Below are positions 1 through 11,148 of a stretch of DNA of 38,376 nt, one piece after another. Numbering within the stretch: the stretch's first letter is position 1; every line of letters begins with the position of its first letter. Below the pieces are notes generated by a model. That model had not been told where the DNA came from and made no database searches. It saw nothing but the letters and a program-made list of their open reading frames with translations. The position numbers and the translations under genes are program-made. Origin of the DNA: Ascoidea asiatica JCM 7603 (lineage: Eukaryota > Fungi > Ascomycota). Location: assembly GCA_001600695.1 (NCBI GenBank), contig BCKQ01000006.1, forward strand, positions 332,328 to 370,703. The letters run 5' to 3'.

Positions 1-467
1 GGAATAAGTTCTTTTGTAATTTGAGAAAAGAATTTTATACGAATATTTCCATTTCTTGAAACTTTCCATTTAGTTTTACTTTTAAATTTTGGATTAGATG
101 CAGTTCCTCCTTTAGGTTCAATAATATCACGTAAATAATGATTTTCAGTTTCAATATCAATATATTCTAAAGTAAAAAAAACCATTGGAATGTTTGCTAC
201 ATTATCACCTGTGTTATTATTTGATTTACGAACAGCAGGAATAATTTTTTTTAATTTTTCAGGAGCTAAATCTATAGTATTATCAGTAAAAAAAAGTTCT
301 TCTTCAGTTTCATTGATAAATTTATTTAAACGAGTCGATTTAAAGTTCAATCCATCTTCAACCATTTGAAATAAAACATGTGGATTATAAACTAAATCAT
401 GTTTAAATTTAACATTTTTAGCTTTATTAATTTTGATTACTAATTTATTTAAAGGAATAAAAGTCAT
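1..467 (-). CDS. 5' part of an unidentified protein (>=155 aa, runs off window edge); N-terminus weakly C2-domain-like
   Basis: Not in the ORF track because there is no stop inside the window. ATG at 467-465, then an uninterrupted frame to base 1: MTFIPLNKLVIKINKAKNVKFKHDLVYNPHVLFQMVEDG...KSKTKWKVSRNGNIRIKFFSQITKELI. A/T-ending codon usage matches the real genes here. LVIKINKAKNV...NPHVLF loosely resembles the first strands of C2 domains (inference only). Confidence 0.75.
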   Translation of the reverse strand, partial: MTFIPLNKLVIKINKAKNVKFKHDLVYNPHVLFQMVEDGLNFKSTRLNKFINETEEELFFTDNTIDLAPEKLKKIIPAVRKSNNNTGDNVANIPMVFFTLEYIDIETENHYLRDIIEPKGGTASNPKFKSKTKWKVSRNGNIRIKFFSQITKELI

Positions 468-789
468 AATGAGGTTATTAATAATGATTAATAGTTATAA
501 TAGTATTTGAAGATTTGATCTGAAGTAAAAGGTTTGAATTTTACTTAGTTAATTGATATGAGTTGATATGACTTAATATGAGTTGATTGCTATAAAGATT
601 ATTATTAAATATACACTTAAAAAAGGCAATATGATAATAATGAGTATAGAATTTTCTTTTTGAATAAATATTAGATAAATTTTGAAAAGAAGAAAATAAG
701 GAAGGAATCTCTTCCTTTTATATTGTTTGATTTTTGATTCTCATTATTATATTATTACTGTTTTATTTTAAAAAATATTGCAAAATTGA

Positions 790-3330
790 ATAATTCATGA
801 TAATCAATAGTAAATCAGTTACTTTATTGATTTTCCAGTAGCAATCTTTGAAATATGGTATAATATTTTAAAATTTATGAGATATATAAAATTCAAATCT
901 CAATCCATCATATAGATTATTCCTTATTATTCTGATTTAAAATAAGATAACTGAAGTTGTCAGTAATTGTTTGATTTTAGCAAACAATGTTTCTTTTTTC
1001 ATTATATTCTCAGAACCTTATAAACAAGAACAATAGAAACTTTAAATACGAAGCAAACTCTAGGTAAAGTTAGAGCAATTGAATTTGAAAAATCTCTAAA
1101 GCTTTCCACGTCGTAAAGCTTATCGTCCAGTTCTGAAATAAGAAGAGCTTAAGCAGAGTGATATATTAATATATTAATACATTATCTCTTATTGATTCTA
1201 GTAATGTTTAATAAGAGTGGCCACAAGGGTGGCAAATCTATTACAAAAAACTATATTGGTAAAGATTGAGAATAATTAACAATACTTGTAAAAATATAAA
1301 GCTTGAAATACTTCAGTAGTTTTAACAGTAGGGATATAGGCACTTTTAGAATTCAGTATAATAATGGTTGAGGAGACTCTCTTTGAATGATCGAGAAGTT
1401 TCCAATTATTCAAATTATCAAGATACTTTCACTTAAGCATCTTTTTGATAAATCTTTATCAACATCAATTGCTCAGATAGTGAATGAAAATAGCAACCAA
1501 GCATCGATAATTCTATCGGCGCTTATACCAGCATCTGACAGTACACTCATTTTCTGAAAGCCGAAAGCATTTAAGCATTTTCAGTCCATATTAGAACAAT
1601 TGTATCTTTTCTAGAAAAAATTGTTTAAAAGTATATTTACACAAATAAAGATTTGGCTTTGAAACGACAAATAAAATTACTTCATATACTGTATATATTA
1701 CATTATTGAATCTATAGAATCCTCGAGTTTCAAAAAAATGAATTTTATCAAGCTTTTAAAAACTTTTATATCCTTAAAGATTTCAGAAACAAAATCTTAA
1801 ATAACATCCCACTAATTTGTAGCTTAAGATTAAATAATATGAGCATTACATTTTCAAGTAAAAATGACACAGATACTTGAACCACTTACTGATAATCAAC
1901 TCTTTTATTGAAATATTTTATTCCAATTTATTATCCCAATTTTGATATAAGCTTTAATTTGGATCCATAAAAGAGTAAAAGTGAGCAAACTAGGTCTTGA
2001 TGCTTTATTGATTCTATTATCGATAGCATTTTAATTAATGTTACGCTGCTCTAGGTAAGTGATTTAAAACCCATTGAATCTACAGTTTCATCATCAAATG
2101 AAAAACATTTAAAATAAATTCCTTCATCTTTTTCTTAATTACTTCTATTTCCAATAAGTTTGCGATTCTTTTTTATTACAATAATAAAAGTTATCAAATT
2201 CAATTTCAGAGTATGCTTTGTTATCTAGTTCATCAGGTCTGGCTTTAATTATTGGACTCAATTTTATTATTTCAATTCCAGTCTTATTCGATTCTAAGAT
2301 TATATTTTAACCTTTAGTAATAACTTCAGAACATTTACCAAGTGTATAAAAGTACTTAAAAGAAAACAAATTAGTTTTAATATTTTGAATGATTAAATAA
2401 TCTTTATATAATCTTAAATATTCAAACCTTTTTAACTATAGTACTTGTAACAATTTACTTCTATCTTTATTTTTACTTTCTAATACATTGTCAAACATAT
2501 ATAACGTCATATATTTCAGAATATACCTTAATTTGATGAGTAGTTATATCAATTTTATCTGTCAAAAATATTTTTAGACCAAGTTTTACATCATTATTAT
2601 TTAAAAACTCTTCCAATAATTTATCTTTAATTTCTTTGTCATAGACAGTTAACTTAAACTTTTGATTGTATTTGAATATATACTGCAAAAATCATTTCCA
2701 TCAATTATAAAATACATTATATCTTTAGAGAATAATCTTTACTAAGCATAAATTCAGAAAGAATAATTTTGATTAGTTTTCCACTTTCTGTTAATAATAT
2801 CATTGGATTATTTGTCCTATCAATCATAATATTTTTTTATTAACATTAATCAAGTCTTTAAACACTTTGATTGATTTAGCACCACTTTTGATTTCATCCT
2901 TTGTTCAATTGACTTATGGTGAGCATATCATTAGCTTTTTTTAATTGATTTTCTTCACTCAAATTTAATTCTTGAAAATATTTAGGATTACCAAATTAAA
3001 ATTTATTTTTAAGATCTTGAGGATTTAAACCATTTGAAAATTTCAAATTTTCGTGCATATAATTATAATTTATCATTTTTATTATAAAACAATAATATTC
3101 TCCCAAACTTTTTGAACATAGAATTAAAAGATTCAATTTAAAATTTTTTCATAATTTATTCAATTTAATTTTTCATATATTTATTTTTCTTAGAACATAA
3201 TTCAAATTTTCTTTTTCAACTTCATTTCCTATAGATCCTTTTAAACTAAGTCTTTTACTAACAATTGATTGAAAGTTAGTTTTTTTCAATAAATTCAAAT
3301 GTATAAGAATAATTTGTTATAACCATGAAT
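790..3330 (-). pseudogene. Probable decayed protein-coding gene (many stops and frameshifts), origin unknown; boundaries approximate
   Basis: A chain of protein-like minus-strand fragments in shifting frames: ORF 2688-2491 (DKLLEEFLNNNDVKLGLKIFLTDK), IIKARPDELDNKAYSEIEFDNFYYC (~2255-2180), KCLNAFGFQKMSVLSDAGISADRIIDAWLLFSFTI*AIDVDKDLSKRCL (1580-~1435), KYLDNLNNWKLLDHSKRVSS..., ALLISELDDKLYDVESFRDFSNSIALTLPRVCF (~1148-1050). It lacks the homopolymer/microsatellite texture of the true intergenic DNA in this window. Confidence 0.55.
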
Positions 3331-3414
3331 TTTTAATTTATATCTATTAAAATTGATATTTGTTGCAATACAACATTTTTTTAAAACAATTAATAATATA
3401 TAAATTAAGTTAAT

Positions 3415-3654
3415 CATTGTCTAAGTGCTATTAAGACCCATACCTGTGGGAAGTCCAATATTGTGGTAATACCAAGGAGACGGGTCTAAAGTGGCTCAGA
3501 TTTTCACTGAGGATGCTCCTCGTGGCGAGTGTGCTGGTGCGCTGTGGCACTGTAGCCGGGAGTCCAGCTTTACTCACGTTCCTGTAATAGTTAGTGAAAA
3601 TGGATACTCGATAACGAAGGAGAATAAAGCATGGACTGGCCATAGACGACAATT
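3415..3654. other. GC-rich island with two long imperfect hairpins; candidate structured ncRNA or MON2 promoter element
   Basis: Inverted repeats seen directly: AGTCCAGCTTTA (3561-3572) with TAAAGCaTGGACT (3625-3637), plus inner CTC/GAG and CGTT/AACG pairs; and AGACCC (3434-3439) with GGGTCT (3482-3487). No diagnostic motif of a named RNA family was recognised. Confidence 0.35.
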
Positions 3655-3809
3655 GTTATGATGTTGATTATGATGATGGTGATGTGTATATATAAGGTTT
3701 ATGAAAGAAAATAAAGATAATTCATGTTTTTATGACTTAAATCAATCATGAATGAAAGAATCATATTCAAAATAATTAGAAACAGCATCAATAAGGCCAA
3801 TTGCATACC

Positions 3810-6800
3810 ATGACCACCATCAATCATTTATCATCTGAACTTTCAAGTCTAATATCTGAATCTAAAAGAAGAAATCCAGAAATTAAAAGAGCTGCAGAAG
3901 ATTCTTTAGAAATTTTAAAATTATTTAATCCAAAATTACAATCTGAATCTGAATTTTTATTAAATTTATCAAATTATTCAAATTTTATAAAACCATTTAT
4001 ATTATCATGTAATTTAAGAAATACAAAATATTCAACATTATCTTTACAATCTTTAAATAAATTAATAATATCATATTCAATTCCAAAAGATCATAATACA
4101 ATTAATAATTTATTAGATTCTTTAATTGAAGCAACTCATTTATCAATTGAAATTCAATTAAAAATCTTACAAAATTTACCATTTTTATTTAGAAATTATT
4201 CAACTTTTATTAATGATGATTTAACTTCAAAATTTTTATTAATTTGTGCTTTATTACAAAATTTTAATAAAGTTCCTGTAGTTATAAATACTGCAACTGC
4301 AACTTTACAACAATTAATTATTTTTATTTTTGATAAAGTTAAACCAATTGAATCAATTGATGATAAAGTTATAGATATTTCAATTAAAGAAAATAATAAC
4401 ATTATTAATGATAATTCATCAAAATCAATAAAATCTGAAAATAATTCAAAAATTAAAATCTCAAAAAATTCATATGATGCTTATAGAATTCTTATAGATT
4501 TATGTAACTTAATTGAACATCATAAACCTTTTTATTTAAAATTTAATTATTTACAAGAAACTTTTATAATTGAATTAATTGAATCAATTTTAACTAATCA
4601 TAGTAATTTATTCATATCTCATATTGAATTTTCATATATTTTGAGAATTAAAATTATACCTTTACTTTTAAAAATTTTTTCAATAAATAATGATTTTCCA
4701 ATAATTATTAGAATTTCAAGAATTTTATACCTTTTAATTAAAAATATTAATAATTTAAAAATTTTAAAAATTGAAACTGAAATAATTTTATCTTTAATGA
4801 ATCATAAATTATTAATTCATAATAATATCATTAATAATTATCAACCTTCAAATATGATCAATCAATCTTCAAATATAACTAATAATAGTAAAAATAATAA
4901 GAATTCAAGTAGTAATAATAATAATAACAATATAGATCTGGAGAATGATATTCATCCAGATCCATCAACTTGGAAAAAAATCTTAATCTTGGAAATTTAT
5001 AATGGTTTATTCTCCGACTTTAAATTAATTCATCAATTTTTTTTAGAATTCGATAATAATCCTGGTAGAAAAAAAGTAATTAAAGATTTTTTTCAAACTA
5101 ATTTTAAATCTTCATTCAGTAATATTCCCAATTCTTCTCCAAGTTCTTCCTCATCTACTTCATCACCATCTTCTAATGATTCTTATAGATTATTGAATGT
5201 TGGTACAATTCTTCATCCACCTCCAAATAATGATAATGATTATTTTTTATCAACAAAAAAATGTGTGCCAAAAGTTTTATATATTGATATGTTAGATAAA
5301 TCTGAAGCTCCTCCAATTTTAGATAATTATCCATATTATTTAATTTATAATTGTACTGTAAATTTCATTGAAGGAATTGGTTTATATGTAATGGATTTAT
5401 CTTCAACTGTATCTGAATTAGAAAATTTAAATACAAAACAAGTTTTATTCTTAAATACAAATTCATTAAAATCAATTAATCCAATTATAAAAAATGATAT
5501 TTCTTTTTCTTATCAAATCATTTTAAGTAATTTTGAAGTTTTATTATCAATAACTAAAATTTATTTATATTCTGAATTAGATAATGATTTATTTCATAAT
5601 CTTATACGTTCTTTACAAAAATTATGTTATGTTTCTGGAATTTTAGGTTTAAAAAATGTAAGAACTAATATTTTATTAATTTTAGCAATTGCAACAATAA
5701 ATAATTCTGGTTCAATTGGTTATATTAATGAAAATTCTCATCAAAAATCAAATTCTATATCTTCTATTTCTAATTCAAAAAATGATCATGAAAGTAGAAA
5801 ATCAACTTTATTTTCAATTGGAGAATCTGTTGTTGGAAAATTAAGTTCAACTTTAAATCAAGCTGCTTCTTCAATTCCAACTAATTCATATACTGCTCAA
5901 ATAAAATCATCAATATCTGGTCCTCCACCTTCTCCTTCAACTAGTCAATTATTAATATTACATTCAAGATATTTAAATTCAAGAAATTTAATAACTTTAA
6001 GAGCTTTAGTAAATGTAGCCATTTCACTTGGATCTACTTTAAGTTCAACTTGGAAAATAATTTTCATAACTTTACAATGGATTGATTATTATATATATGG
6101 ATTATCAGAAGATTTTGGTAAAAATTATGATTCAACAAATTTGAAAAAACCAATAATTACTCAAAATGAACAATATATATTTGATATTTCTTTTAAAAAA
6201 CTTTTAGAATGTACTAAAGATTATTCAGATGATGCATTCTATCATGTAATAGATTCTCTAACAGAATTATCAGATGATACTATAACTATAACACCAGAAG
6301 AAGAAAGAGCAAATTTTGAAATGATTAAAACAACTGTTTTCAAAAAGCAATTCAATACCGAAAGTGATGCTTCTAGAATAACATTACTTCCTTGTTTTTA
6401 TAAAAGAACTTTTTTTGTTTCCAAGATTGGACAAGTTAGTAGTTTGAATTCGTTAAGATTTTTAAAAGGTTTCACACTAAAATCTCTAGTTGACAAAAAA
6501 CTTATGGATATGCAAATAGCAGAAAATCAATCACTTTCTTCTTGGAATTTTATTCTAGATTATTTTGTCAAAATATCTTCCAATCAAAAAATGGATCCTT
6601 CCTTGCGAACCACTGTTTCTAAGATATTCAATCTAACTGTTAAATCTATGATATTATCGTGTCACACGAAAGAATGGAATGATATTTCTATGAAAATTGT
6701 TTCCAAAACTATAGAGGATTTAAGTGATTATGAGAGCTATAATGATGATTGTGATTTTTCAATATTAAATTCTGTATTTCTATTCTTAAAAAGCATATTA

Positions 6801-9371
6801 AATCTTCAGGAATCTTCAAAACTTTTAAATTTAAAAGATCAGGGAGGTGTTGTTCTTTGTGAGTTTGATATGGTCTTAACCACAATTCTTAATCTTAAAG
6901 ATTTACTTGATAAATCAGGAAATCATTTTAGAAACTCTTCTTGGGAGCTTATATTTATGATCTTAAATTTGCAATTTAAATTTTATGATACTTTTCTATC
7001 CCTTTCTTCTAATGATGATTTTAAGATAAAAAGTTCTCTAATTGATAAAAAATCCAAACTTATTAAGTCATCTTTTGAAACTTTGCAGCTTATTTTGAAC
7101 GATTTCTTAACTTCATTACCTTTAAGTATCTTGAAGACAGTAATTGATACCCTTTTTAATTTTATAGATCAAGAATTTGAAATTAACATTTCTTTTAGTG
7201 CAATCAGTTATTTTTGGATGGTTAGTGATTATTTAAGAGATAGTTTGACCGGATCAAAAGACGGAAATGCGTTAGCTCGAACTGAATTAGAAGCAAAAGT
7301 TGAAAATATTGATGGTTTACTCACTGTTATAACGTCTTCAATAGGTAAGGAAGGGAAACCTGAAAATCAATATCATTTATTTTCTTCCTTATGGATCTAT
7401 TTGCTATATATGTTAATTCGAATATCTAGTGATGGTAGAAGTCAAGTGAGAAATGGATCAATTCAAACATTCTTTAGAATAATTGATTCTCACGGAGAAT
7501 ATTTACCATCGTGGAATTTAATTTATAATTTGGTATTGAAAGAATTTCTTGATACTACCAAATTGGTGCAGTATATTGAGAAAGAAGAATTAACTTTAAA
7601 GGGACCATTGCAATCAGCGGCCCCAGGCGCTTTTACTGATCCTGAGATTAAGTCAAAATCTATTGATGAATGGGTTGATTCAATTTTACTAACTCTTAGT
7701 GGATTAGTTCGATTGTACACGACATTTTTGGGTAACTTTGAAGCTGATCAAGAAATAGAGAAAGTAAATGCCATATTATATTGGAATGGATTAATACAGT
7801 ACTTCGAGCAAATTCTTAATTTGAACTTTTCCAAATGCACTTCGGAAGTATATAAAAGTTTAGGATTATTATCTTCCTCATTTTTGCCCAAAGAGAAACC
7901 AGCTAAAATTAGCGCCAATGAAAATGAAAATGAAAATACATTGGCAGCAAATTTCAAAGATCCTACTGATGTTCCACTTGAAATTAGAACTTTGTTTTTT
8001 GAATTTTGGTGTGAAAGAAGTATATCTTATAAATTTCTTGAAGACAAAAATTATCAAGATAATCTAACTCAGCTTATGAAAGCTTTCAAACCTATATATT
8101 TACTCAATGAAGGAAATATTACTCTTGAAATGATTCAAAAATCGTTATCTTTAATCAATACAGCTCTGAGATATCCTAAATTACCCGAATATGGTGGTGA
8201 TAATAATGTATGCACTCTGTTACAACTATCAATTATTGAGAACCTAAGTCTTTTCAAAAGTGAAGATGTTAGAGTTCAAGCGATTGTAATAGAGCAGATT
8301 GTTTACAATGTTACATTACCTTTTTCTACAAGGAAAAAAATTGAGGAAAGATTGAAGAGTAAAATAAAAGATATGAAAAGAATTCCTACATTTATTGCCT
8401 TAAGTTATTCTAGTATGGAGCTATTAACTAAGAAATCAATTTTAATAACTGATTTTTCATTTTTGATTAAACAAGGAACATTTAATATAATATTAAGAAA
8501 TTTATTGGAACCAATAAAAATGAAAGCACCTGGATGTTTTAATTATTATCAACATAAAGGGATACCTAATAGAAAAGAATTATGGATGGAATGTATTGAA
8601 TTATTATTATTTTTTACAGGAAAAATTATTGAAGTTTTGGAAAAAAATAGAATAAAGTCTGAAGAGAATTTGGATACAAATGAATCTAAAAACATTAAAG
8701 AAATTTGGAGTTTAATTATTGAAGTTATAAAAACTATTTTAAGACCAATGTCTAAAACAAATGATAAACAATATGAACTTTTTGATATTAATATTTTTTC
8801 TAAGTTTAAGAAGATTATTTCTCCTCATCAAAATTTAATTCCAGAAGATTTAATTGAAGAATTTGTCACTAATATATTTAAGGCTTCATTTTTATATAAA
8901 GTAGAAGCAACTGATAATTCATTATTAAATGAATCAGTTTCAAATCAAGAATCTATCTCAAAATCATTACCTGTCGATAAATTCAAAAATATTGGATCGA
9001 CAGAAGCTATTGAATTACTTCCAAGACATAAAATGGGATTTTTATGTCTTAATGATTTAATTAAATTATCAACATTGAATAATAATATTGGAAAAATATC
9101 TTTTAAATATTTCATACTTCGATCTTCAGTTGTTTTGAATAAATATTTAAGAGATTCTTCATTAGTTAAAAAACAACCTTTACCTAGAGTACAACAATTA
9201 GAATTAATGATAATCTTTCAAGGATTAGAACAAATTTTATTAAAAGAAAGTGGTAATCATATTGAACAAAAGCAACTTATTAAAGAAAATCTTTTCCCAT
9301 CATTTGTTGTAATGAAATTTTCTGATAAAAGTTTTAATTTTTTAAAATTAATTAATTTATTGTATAATTGA
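3810..9371 (+). CDS. MON2: Mon2/Ysl2, Arf-GEF-like (Sec7-related) Golgi/endosome trafficking scaffold
   Basis: The first ATG is at 3810 (the track starts at TTG 3801). N-terminus LSSELSSLISESKRRNPEIKRAAEDSLEIL is the Mon2 DCB signature; IDMLDKSEAP, FEINISFSAISYFWMVSD and DGRSQVRNGSIQTFFRIIDSHG match conserved Mon2 blocks; about 1850 aa. Confidence 0.95.
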   Translation: MTTINHLSSELSSLISESKRRNPEIKRAAEDSLEILKLFNPKLQSESEFLLNLSNYSNFIKPFILSCNLRNTKYSTLSLQSLNKLIISYSIPKDHNTINNLLDSLIEATHLSIEIQLKILQNLPFLFRNYSTFINDDLTSKFLLICALLQNFNKVPVVINTATATLQQLIIFIFDKVKPIESIDDKVIDISIKENNNIINDNSSKSIKSENNSKIKISKNSYDAYRILIDLCNLIEHHKPFYLKFNYLQETFIIELIESILTNHSNLFISHIEFSYILRIKIIPLLLKIFSINNDFPIIIRISRILYLLIKNINNLKILKIETEIILSLMNHKLLIHNNIINNYQPSNMINQSSNITNNSKNNKNSSSNNNNNNIDLENDIHPDPSTWKKILILEIYNGLFSDFKLIHQFFLEFDNNPGRKKVIKDFFQTNFKSSFSNIPNSSPSSSSSTSSPSSNDSYRLLNVGTILHPPPNNDNDYFLSTKKCVPKVLYIDMLDKSEAPPILDNYPYYLIYNCTVNFIEGIGLYVMDLSSTVSELENLNTKQVLFLNTNSLKSINPIIKNDISFSYQIILSNFEVLLSITKIYLYSELDNDLFHNLIRSLQKLCYVSGILGLKNVRTNILLILAIATINNSGSIGYINENSHQKSNSISSISNSKNDHESRKSTLFSIGESVVGKLSSTLNQAASSIPTNSYTAQIKSSISGPPPSPSTSQLLILHSRYLNSRNLITLRALVNVAISLGSTLSSTWKIIFITLQWIDYYIYGLSEDFGKNYDSTNLKKPIITQNEQYIFDISFKKLLECTKDYSDDAFYHVIDSLTELSDDTITITPEEERANFEMIKTTVFKKQFNTESDASRITLLPCFYKRTFFVSKIGQVSSLNSLRFLKGFTLKSLVDKKLMDMQIAENQSLSSWNFILDYFVKISSNQKMDPSLRTTVSKIFNLTVKSMILSCHTKEWNDISMKIVSKTIEDLSDYESYNDDCDFSILNSVFLFLKSILNLQESSKLLNLKDQGGVVLCEFDMVLTTILNLKDLLDKSGNHFRNSSWELIFMILNLQFKFYDTFLSLSSNDDFKIKSSLIDKKSKLIKSSFETLQLILNDFLTSLPLSILKTVIDTLFNFIDQEFEINISFSAISYFWMVSDYLRDSLTGSKDGNALARTELEAKVENIDGLLTVITSSIGKEGKPENQYHLFSSLWIYLLYMLIRISSDGRSQVRNGSIQTFFRIIDSHGEYLPSWNLIYNLVLKEFLDTTKLVQYIEKEELTLKGPLQSAAPGAFTDPEIKSKSIDEWVDSILLTLSGLVRLYTTFLGNFEADQEIEKVNAILYWNGLIQYFEQILNLNFSKCTSEVYKSLGLLSSSFLPKEKPAKISANENENENTLAANFKDPTDVPLEIRTLFFEFWCERSISYKFLEDKNYQDNLTQLMKAFKPIYLLNEGNITLEMIQKSLSLINTALRYPKLPEYGGDNNVCTLLQLSIIENLSLFKSEDVRVQAIVIEQIVYNVTLPFSTRKKIEERLKSKIKDMKRIPTFIALSYSSMELLTKKSILITDFSFLIKQGTFNIILRNLLEPIKMKAPGCFNYYQHKGIPNRKELWMECIELLLFFTGKIIEVLEKNRIKSEENLDTNESKNIKEIWSLIIEVIKTILRPMSKTNDKQYELFDINIFSKFKKIISPHQNLIPEDLIEEFVTNIFKASFLYKVEATDNSLLNESVSNQESISKSLPVDKFKNIGSTEAIELLPRHKMGFLCLNDLIKLSTLNNNIGKISFKYFILRSSVVLNKYLRDSSLVKKQPLPRVQQLELMIIFQGLEQILLKESGNHIEQKQLIKENLFPSFVVMKFSDKSFNFLKLINLLYN

Positions 9372-9505
9372 TAAATAATATATAATAGAAATATATAATA
9401 AAATAAAAGAATATTTATTAAAATGTGGTTCCTATATATGATTTTATATATGACTAAGTAAAAGAAAAATTAAAAATTAAAAAAAAATAGAGAATTCTGA
9501 GAAGT

Positions 9506-11113
9506 TTAAGTTGGAATTTCTTCTATTGGAGCTTCTTCAGCTTCAATCATTAAATGTTTTGTTCTTATAGTTAAACTTATAAATTTAATTAAACTTAAAC
9601 CAACAATTAAAGTTAAAATTATTAAAAAAATATTTGCAGGTATTGGATTTGAATCTTTTAAATTATGAGTAAAAAAATCAATAAAATATTGAGAAAGATT
9701 GAAGATTCCGGAAGTAAAAATTATTAAACCATAAATTATACCAAAATTTTGATTACCAAAGACTTTTAAACAATAATCAGAAACAGTAGTATAATAAAAA
9801 GGTCTATAAATCACAAGAAATAAAATTCCAAAAATATTTATAAAAATATTTGGAATTATACCACAAATTCCAATAATTATACTTATGAATAATAAAATTT
9901 TTATAATATTATAACATTGAAAATTATCTAAAATTAAACCAATGAATGGAATTGAAATTAAACCACCAATTGGTAAAGAAATATCAAAAATTTTATTAAC
10001 AAAATTTGCATCTTTTATTGAATTTAAAAGATAAAATTCTTGAGATTTTATAGTTGCAATAAAATAATTAATTCTTAACATTTGAATTGAAGTAAAAAGA
10101 GTCATTAAAATAAAAAGTTTTGAGAAAATTTGATTTTTTAAAGAAAAATTATTTAAAATTCCAATTAAAATATCCTTTTTTGGTTGAATATCATCAAATT
10201 CATTAATTAAAATATTATTAGTATTATTTAAAATTGAAGGTCTTCTTGAAGCAAAAGAATCTGGAATTGTTATTGAAGATTTTCTTGAGATTATTGAATT
10301 TGTTCTTGTTCTTGAAAGGTATGAATTCATTGGGTTATTATTATTATTGTTTGCGGTAATATTAATTTGAGGAGGTTGAAGTAAACAAGTTTCTTCATCT
10401 ATTATACTTATGGCAGCATCATTATCATTATAATCATTTAATTCATCAATATCATTAAGATCAGAATCATGATTATGAAATTGGATTGGATTATTTAAAT
10501 CTTCATTAATTGTATTATTATTATTATTATTATTATTATTGACAATTGTATTATTATTTTTTATGAAATTATTTATATTATTATTATTTTTTTTAATAAT
10601 TTCAATATTAATATCATTTGTATTTGGCATAATAAAAATTTGAGAAATTAATATAAAAAAAGGTACAATTAAATAAATTTTAAAAAAATTAATTAATGAA
10701 AGATTTTTTAAATTTTGAAATAAATTAAATGGTAAATTACCAAAATAAGTTAATCTATAAATTAAAAATAAAGCAGAAGATGAATCAAAAGCACCTGTTA
10801 AAATTGCTAAAATTGTACCTGGATTATTAAATTTATTTGCTAAAGGATATGAAGAAATAAAAACAAATGGACCACCAAGAGCTAATAAAGAATAACCAAA
10901 TAAATATAAATCAAATTTTATAAAATTTTTTGAGAATATAAAAGATATTGAACCGAGAAATAAAAGTAATGAACCTATAATTCCAGAAATTCTTGGACCA
11001 AATTTATCTAAAATTAAACCAACTAATAAACTTATAGTATTTGTTAATACTGCAGCTACAGTAAACATGAAATTTAATTTTATATCTTGAGAATCAGAAT
11101 CTATTAATTTATC

Positions 11114-11148
<35 letters not shown>

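Noticed and set aside
1253-1612. A minus-strand frame of about 120 codons whose only internal stops are TGA, suggesting a mitochondrial-code (NUMT or mitovirus) insert
   Set aside because: The second half reads as an out-of-frame Leu/Ile-rich shadow of a better frame (KYLDNLNNWK...). TAA/TAG stops and frameshifts abound in the rest of the relic, and there is no mitochondrial or RdRp motif.
3256-3262. TACTAAC branch-point-like word
   Set aside because: No nearby upstream GTAAGT/GTATGT donor or associated exon; expected by chance in AT-rich DNA.
3440-3640. Resemblance to TPP riboswitch, RNase P/MRP, SRP, U3 or U4 RNA
   Set aside because: Only isolated short words match (CUGAG, GGGAAGUCC); the required conserved motifs are missing or in the wrong order.
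3431-3652. 73-aa ORF over the GC island
   Set aside because: Non-ATG start in the track and codon usage unlike native genes; explained by low stop frequency in GC-rich DNA.
3801-3809. TTG start for MON2 given by the ORF track
   Set aside because: This is a eukaryotic gene with an in-frame ATG at 3810 that matches the Mon2 N-terminus.
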